DNA of 64,000 nucleotides from Pseudovirgaria hyperparasitica (Eukaryota): assembly GCA_010093815.1 (NCBI GenBank), contig ML996583.1; one strand, given 5' to 3'. The position numbers were made by a program, and so were the translations under genes. The notes below the pieces were generated by a model, which worked only from the letters and a program-made list of their open reading frames with translations, had not been told where the DNA came from and searched no databases. Below, piece by piece: positions 57,880 through 64,000 of the stretch (within the stretch, counting starts at the first letter, position 1; every line of letters begins with the position of its first letter).

Positions 57880-60800
57880 CTAGCCAAATGAGGAATGCAC
57901 AGATCGAACTCCTGACGCGCGTCGTGAAGGTGGGTTGCCCGTCGGATCGCCTGGAGAGTACATCTGATACGTGCTGGATGCTCTTCGCGATCCTCTGATG
58001 CTATCTAAAGCTTGGCCAAGAATCCCATAATCTTTGTTAAGAGCCGGTGCAAGGTTCGAGTATGTCTTGCATTTTTGCATCGTCCTCTCAAGGAGTTCGG
58101 GGACTTCGTGCACTGGGGTGAACCCTTCGAGGTCTTTAAACCATACAGGCTCGCAGCATTGTGCAAGAACCAAGCAATTTCCAAATTGACTGTCGTCTCA
58201 TGTTAGCTATTTATTTATATTATATTATAATGAAAGATACTCACGCATGAATTGTGCCAAAAATATTCGTCACCTTGAGACGTGTTCGGATACCGTCGAA
58301 AGCTTTCGTACTCCGGATCGAGGACCACATGCAAGCGTGAGCAAGCAGCATGCTCCTGATGGCTTTGGTGCTGATACCCTCCCGAGAATGAGTTGGATCA
58401 CTATCAAGAAGAGCTTCCAGTGAGCCCCCCCATTCTGCTTCAAGGAGCTTTGAAGCCGTCAAGCTCTCTTTTCGGGATCTAATGTAAGTCCATGCTCGTT
58501 TAAGTACGTCTTGGTCGGCTTCTGGGCAATGGTATACGTAGTGTAGGTATGGTCGAGTAATGACTGTTTCTGCGCCGTAGTATTTCCCTCGTAGCCTGGC
58601 AATATTCAGATCTGTGGGAGGATCGTCATAATCATCCCAATCTACGCCCATCGCTTTACTCGCGTTTCGCCAATTATACAGCCAATTGAGAAACGAAGGC
58701 ATGCCTGTTGACGCCGCTCTACTAAATGGAGGTTCGTAGAGGCCAGCTGGGAGGTTGTGTGGTGACTGATTCCACAAGGTGGAAAGATGCATTGGGACCT
58801 GATTGAGGATCTTACGCAACTGAATCTGTGCTGAATACAACACTATGATAATGTCGCGCTGGTCGTTGACTTGCCCCGTTTCGCCAGACACTGCTTGATC
58901 TTGCGCTTCGTTGAGATCTGGGAAACTACCATCAATGCCCTTCGGATAAGCAACTCTGTCTTCCCAGGTTGTTATATGACTTATCGGTAGCGGTAACTCT
59001 GCGAGGATATCACTAGGTATAGTTTAGTTTACTATTTATGGTGTGCCATAGCTCTAGACTAACCTTTCAAGCTGTACTGCTGACCAATATACGAACTTAA
59101 GGAGATTCATCTTGGTTTTGAACCTGGCCACCTCACTGGGCAGTAGATCATCGGGATGCTCCTGGCGATTATAATCTCGCCATTCAGCGGGGTCCGTAGG
59201 GTCAGGCTTGATATATAGGTGGTTTCTACGGCGAATTAGCGTTCTGCTTGATTCATATAGCTGGAAAGTAAGGTACATTTTAAGGTTGAACCTAATGACC
59301 CGGGCTGCTGAATTAATCCAACTATAGCTCTCTAGGCCACGACCGAGTTGATTCATGTAGAGGCTCGCTAGTAGAAACGCCTGAGCATGGTAAAGTTCGT
59401 TACCACCGTGCATATTTCCAAGGATATCGGACGCATACGCATAGTAGTGTAGACCAGGAATAACGTCTAGATTCATCAGTTCCTTATTTAAGCGTGCTGG
59501 GCTGCCTGGATCTTTGTCTTCGACGGGCGACCGAAGACCTGTAGAGGTTACAGGTGAATATCGCATTCGTGTCGAAGGAGAGTGGATTGACTCGGCAATT
59601 TCCTTGCGAGTGTTGAGGGCACCCCTGAGCGGTCTATCTTCATGCAGAACTGCGCCCAATGCAAGTACAAGCAGGATGATTGCATTCGTTATGGTCCCTT
59701 CAGCCTTTGGAGGCCGAACATGGCTTTGTGCAGGTCGTGCGTAGATCGGAACGGTGGTGGGCTCGCCCTCATCGACATCCATTCTCTGTCTTTTCGTCGG
59801 TCGATGATGATCTGAAAGGTGCTGAGGAATGGGTAGGGGAGATTTTGTACTGGCTGGAGGGTTCATTCTGTCTATAAATGCGTCCACCTGTTTCTTTAGC
59901 CGTGCTTTATCGAGGAAAGGATGCAAGACATGCATATGATCCAGATAACTCGCGAGAAGTCTATTAACCGTGGTTGGCGTAAAATCGAGGCGATTCGCCT
60001 TATCATTATAACCATAGGGAGCTTGGCCGCTGTCTGACGTAGAAGACAACGACAGAGTTTCGCTGTCGGCTTCGCTGCCCGCGGGACTACCAACTTGCTG
60101 CGCCCGGTCGTTATGTGTTAGACCTTCACCCCGACCGTATATCCGTAGACTACCCCGATCCTCTTCAATCTTAAGGGGGTAATTCTCCAAGAGAGGCACA
60201 ATGGAATTGAAATACTTTGCCATGGCTGGCCATGTTTTCAAGAGGTAATGAGCAGCGGTTCTATGCTCATCGAAGTCATTTAGCTCTCGCCGGTACTGGT
60301 GTTGTTGCTGGGGTTGTTGCTGATCCTGATGTTGATACTGTTGTGGATGATTTGGGGGTGCTGGTTGAGAATGAGTGCCATTTGCGCACGGACCGTTTTC
60401 GAGACGAGTCAATCTGCGGTTCAAGCTTGCTTCAATCTGTTCACCTTTCTCCTGTATAGCGTTCAACTTCTCCATGACTAGTTGAAATGATTTGTCGGCC
60501 CTTTGCTTGTTAATCGATGATTGCCACGCTTGCTTTGCAAACTTACTTTTGAGGGGGAACCTCCGCATATTCACACTCGATATTCTGTTCTTTACAGAAC
60601 AAGCAGGGTCGATTTTCATCACACTTTTGTTTTCGAAGACGACAATTCTTGCAGGCCTACGAATGGTTTAGTCTCATAAGTCTAGATTACTCTGAATACG
60701 AATGCATGACGCACCTGTTGAGCGCGAACTGTGCGCTTCTTGGTGGACAAAGTTGCAGGCCAGTATGCATTCTGGGTAGCGATTGGTGACACCCCGTAAG

Positions 60801-61253
60801 AAGAATGCGCAGGAGTCATAGAGGGAGCAGAGTAATTGTGATTGGGCGGCGCATGGGCATAGTGATGCCCGTTACCATTGTGCTGTGAGGGATCGTACAT
60901 GACCGGACGATGTTCAACTTGAGGTGCTGCGGGCGGCTGATATTGAAGAGGTTGCGAGTCCGTAACGAAACCAGGGCCAGGCTCCGAAGTGGGAAGACCT
61001 GAGGGAGGAGGAACGACAGGAGAAGGGCCTACAGGAGAAGGACCTACAGTAGAAGCCGAGAGAGGAGGAACTGAAAGAGGAGGGCCTGATAGATGAGGTC
61101 TGTGTTCTCGTGGTGGGTGATGGTGATGATGATGGTCTCCTTCTGGAGAGCGAGATATGGCAGGTGTATGGGAAAGGGTAAGGTGAGGGTTGGGATGCTG
61201 TGAATGCCCGTATGAAGCTTGAGATGGAGCTATGGGAGTTACATGACCAAGTG

Positions 61254-61335
<82 letters not shown>

Positions 61336-61668
61336 ATGGTGATGGTGATGAAGTTGTTGTTGATCCTGTTGAAGAGGAGGGTGAGGAAGAGCCCTGGGAT
61401 CAGAAGGATATTGAGAAGCGGGCGGAGGAGCGAATGATTGTTGTTGCGGCGTTGTTTGGCCAGAATGAGAAGTAGTATGTGAAATGGGAGGCGATGGACG
61501 GTACGGATATGGACGTTGAGAATGGGGCGGGGCGTACCGAGAGTCCTGGTCCTGTTGATATGGATGGGGAGTGTGGGTAGGGCCAGCATCGGGATCAGGT
61601 TTGTAGGACGGGCCATCACCACGTGGGATAGAGGGAGGAAAGTGAGAATCTGGTCCCTCAGTTTTCAT
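57880..61668 (-). CDS. Zn(II)2Cys6 transcription factor, McrA/VAD-3-like, with Pro/Gln/His-rich N-terminus and polyQ
   Basis: After removing intron 60657-60714: RAQQACKNCRLRKQKCDENRPCLFCKEQNIECEY (C6 cluster). Fungal TF middle region HMHVLHPFL and C-terminal ARLRGKYYGA and VTNIFGTIHA. Family assignment is from recalled motifs; the start could be 61716. Confidence 0.88.
61255..61335 (-). repeat. (CAACAG)n repeat encoding a ~26-residue polyglutamine tract
   Basis: Near-perfect TGTTGC hexamer array on the plus strand, in frame with the TF exon. Confidence 0.95.
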
Positions 61669-62262
61669 TATGGCCGTGGAGTAAAGGAATGAATATGCGA
61701 GAAGCGGTTGGGCCATAGGCGGAGCAAAGTGCACAGGATGCCTGGAGACAAGCGGTGAACAGGCTCGAGCGTAGCAAAGAGAATGACAGGGAGCGCGAGG
61801 CCGATCGGGCGGGATGAGGGAGTTTCGAGAACAGAGCAGGAACAAAGCTATGCTCTGGTGTTATTGTCAGGGTGGTGGTGGTGGTGGTGCGTCATTGGCA
61901 CGATGCATGAGGTTGACAAGAAATAGATGGCCTGGTTGCGAAGGCGTTAAAGATGGCACGGGGCAGGTCAGCCAAGAGAGGTGGTAGCGAAAGAAAATGA
62001 GCAGAAGCTGGGGCTCACTAACGAGAGCGGAGGAGAGGGGTGTTTTTTTTTTGGGACAGTAGTATACTGAAAAGTCGTTGTGTCGTCGGGATGTGTTTTT
62101 TTTTCGAAAAGAAGAAACGAGGAGGGGCGGGCGTTAGGTAGCTTGACAAGGTACAAGAAGTGATCCTAGAGATAGAGTGGAGTGGAGCTACGTTTGGAGT
62201 TTAGTTCCGTCTATTCGTTCTAGTAGAGAGGGGAGGAAGATTAGCCACTATGTATGTATACT

Positions 62263-62361
62263 AGGAGGGGGGGAGTAGAGAAGAAGGGAGGGGGGGGGGG
62301 AGGAGAGAGAGAGAAGGGAGAGAGAAGTTAGAGGAGGAGAAGGAGAAGGAAGGGGGGGGGG
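62263..62361. repeat. Polypurine (G/GA) tract upstream of the Zn2Cys6 gene
   Basis: Runs of G and GA; a pyrimidine-rich tract on the gene's sense strand, typical of fungal promoters. Confidence 0.8.
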
Positions 62362-62689
62362 TGCAGTGGGAGAATGTGCAGGCTATGGTCTAGGGGCACT
62401 TACAATACGGTAAGTAATACATGATAGAATATTACAGCGCGGAACGTGTAACTACGGTAAGGGTTGAAAGAGATGGTAGATAGTAAAAGTAAAGGAAGGA
62501 GCTAGGGATAAGAATACTAGGTAAGCAGGGAAAGGAAAAAGTAAACGTAGAGCAAAGAGCAAAGAGCAAAGAGGGCGCGTTAGTTTTCAGTGACAGGGTG
62601 GGGAGAATAGTAGGGCTAGTCAGTTCAGTACCTAGGGAAGACAGCCAATAAGGCTAACAAGGCAGGAATTGGATCATATCACCTTAGGC

Positions 62690-62770
62690 ACCGATACTAC
62701 TGATACCATTAATACCAGTAATACCGCTAATACCACTGATACCACCACTAATTTTACCACTGATACCCAT
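62690..62770. repeat. Degenerate 9-bp tandem repeat (CT(A/G)ATACCA-like)
   Basis: gatactactgataccattaataccagtaataccgctaataccactgatacc. Confidence 0.7.
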
Positions 62771-63774
62771 AGCCCGTGTCTGCTAATATTACCACCACTA
62801 CCGCGAATACCACCAATGACAGTGATGCGACTTACTCACTTACCGCCAACTAGCTGCCTGCGCAGCGCTTGATTACCCTGTCTGCCAAGCCGAGCGCGTG
62901 GGAAGGCTGAAGGAAGCTTCGGAATGATCGCCTCAACGGATCAGAGTGCTGTATTACTACTTAGGCACGTAGTGGTAGTAACAGTAGTAGTGTTGATAGC
63001 AGTTGATGCTACTCCTAGACTAAGATGGTGACCATGTGTGTTGTCGATTTGAGATACTGTCTTGTTGGTCCTGGTGCTGTGCTGGTCCTTGTCCTTGTCC
63101 TTGTCGTCTGCACCGCGACATCTATGCCTGCTTTACGGCCAGAGAGACGTAGTGCCGTAGTGAGGGAGCGATGGCACTTGGTGATTAGAACATCTATCAT
63201 TATATTATGGCCATGCTCTACTTGGCTTCTCTAGAGCATGGCTTCTCGAGGTTACCCCATCCCGTCATACCACGTCCCATTCAGGACTCAGGAGGGCGTA
63301 GGGTGGAGTGTGTTTCCCTGTTACGGCCAGTAGTGAGCAGTGAACCGGAGCAGTGATGGCTGGCTGGCACTGGCTTGCGCCGTCGGACTAAGCTATGGAA
63401 AAGAAAACTGCCCAGGTGGCGCACACACGTCTCAGGCAAGCCTTGCTAACTTCTGAGTAGTAATCACCCTAAACCTCACCCTAGACCTCACCCTATCAAT
63501 TCTCATCCTCCTTATCCTTATTCGCTCATTAGTGCCCGAAAAGATTCGTCCTGGTCGGGGTCATTTAATCCACTACATGTTAGTACAGCACCAGAACAGC
63601 ACGAGAACAAGAGAACACATTAGCTGGCACATAAGCTACTACGTGAGGGCCCTATGATCGCCGGACTACTCCGGCCCACGGCACCGACGAAAGCAAATTG
63701 CCAGTGCCAGCCCAAAAGAAATAGCATCCACCGGTCGAGTACGTCCAGTAGCAGTGCCGACCAGGTGGTCTGAC

Positions 63775-63870
63775 AGATGCGGTTGCAGATGCAGATGCAG
63801 ACGCAGATGTGGGTGCAGATGCAGATGTAGATGGACAAGTAGATGTAGATGCAGACGTATATACAGATCA
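63775..63870. repeat. Degenerate (GCAGAT)n hexamer repeat
   Basis: gcagatgcagatgcagacgcagatgt...gtagatgcagac. Confidence 0.8.
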
Positions 63871-64000
63871 GCCGCCTGCAGCTACCATACATACTTACTC
63901 GTCCTCCAGGCTCTCCCTTAATTGTCCGGCTAGGTTCTTGGGACAATGCCAACATGCTGTCATTGCTATGTGTACGTAGATGGATGTAGTACTTCAGACA

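Noticed and set aside
61200..61622. Poly-Leu, poly-VA and poly-NS ORFs
   Set aside because: Alternative frames of the polyQ repeat in the Zn2Cys6 gene.
63467..63495. CCCTAA-like units
   Set aside because: A 12-bp repeat of ~2.5 copies, not a (CCCTAA)n telomeric array.
1..64000. CRISPR arrays, rRNA genes or bacterial operons
   Set aside because: None seen; spliceosomal introns and RIP show the DNA is fungal nuclear.

Overview
Filamentous ascomycete (Pezizomycotina) DNA in three parts. (1) 1-~21.6 kb is an AT-rich, RIP-mutated block (CpA/TpG depleted, TpA enriched) of nested Ty3/Gypsy LTR retrotransposons. An 11.4-kb Ylt1-like element (369-bp LTRs, 4-bp TSD, tRNA-Gln-type PBS) sits inside a chromodomain-bearing element (238-bp LTRs, TSD CGTAT), which appears to sit in the LTR of a third, older element. 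Both complete elements carry extra intron-like gene remnants in their 3' regions. (2) 21.6-53.2 kb is a 13-gene secondary-metabolite cluster I cannot match to a characterised pathway: single-module A-T-C(T) NRPS, Str2-type cystathionine gamma-synthase-like PLP enzyme, HpcH/HpaI aldolase, divergent aspartate aminotransferase, two unrelated Fe/2OG dioxygenases, EF1Bgamma-class GST, flavin-binding split-barrel protein, a beta-lactamase-fold protein (catalytic Ser->Thr), an M28 peptidase homologue with altered catalytic residues, three MFS transporters and a basic-region/ankyrin (bANK, TOXE-like) regulator. A motif GACNNTGCA recurs 12 times in six cluster promoter regions, including the regulator's own. 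This suggests a co-regulated pathway for a non-canonical amino acid-derived metabolite. (3) 53.3-64 kb holds intergenic DNA, a polyQ-containing Zn2Cys6 transcription factor (McrA/VAD-3-like) and simple repeats. Gene models and family calls were read by eye; no searches were run.
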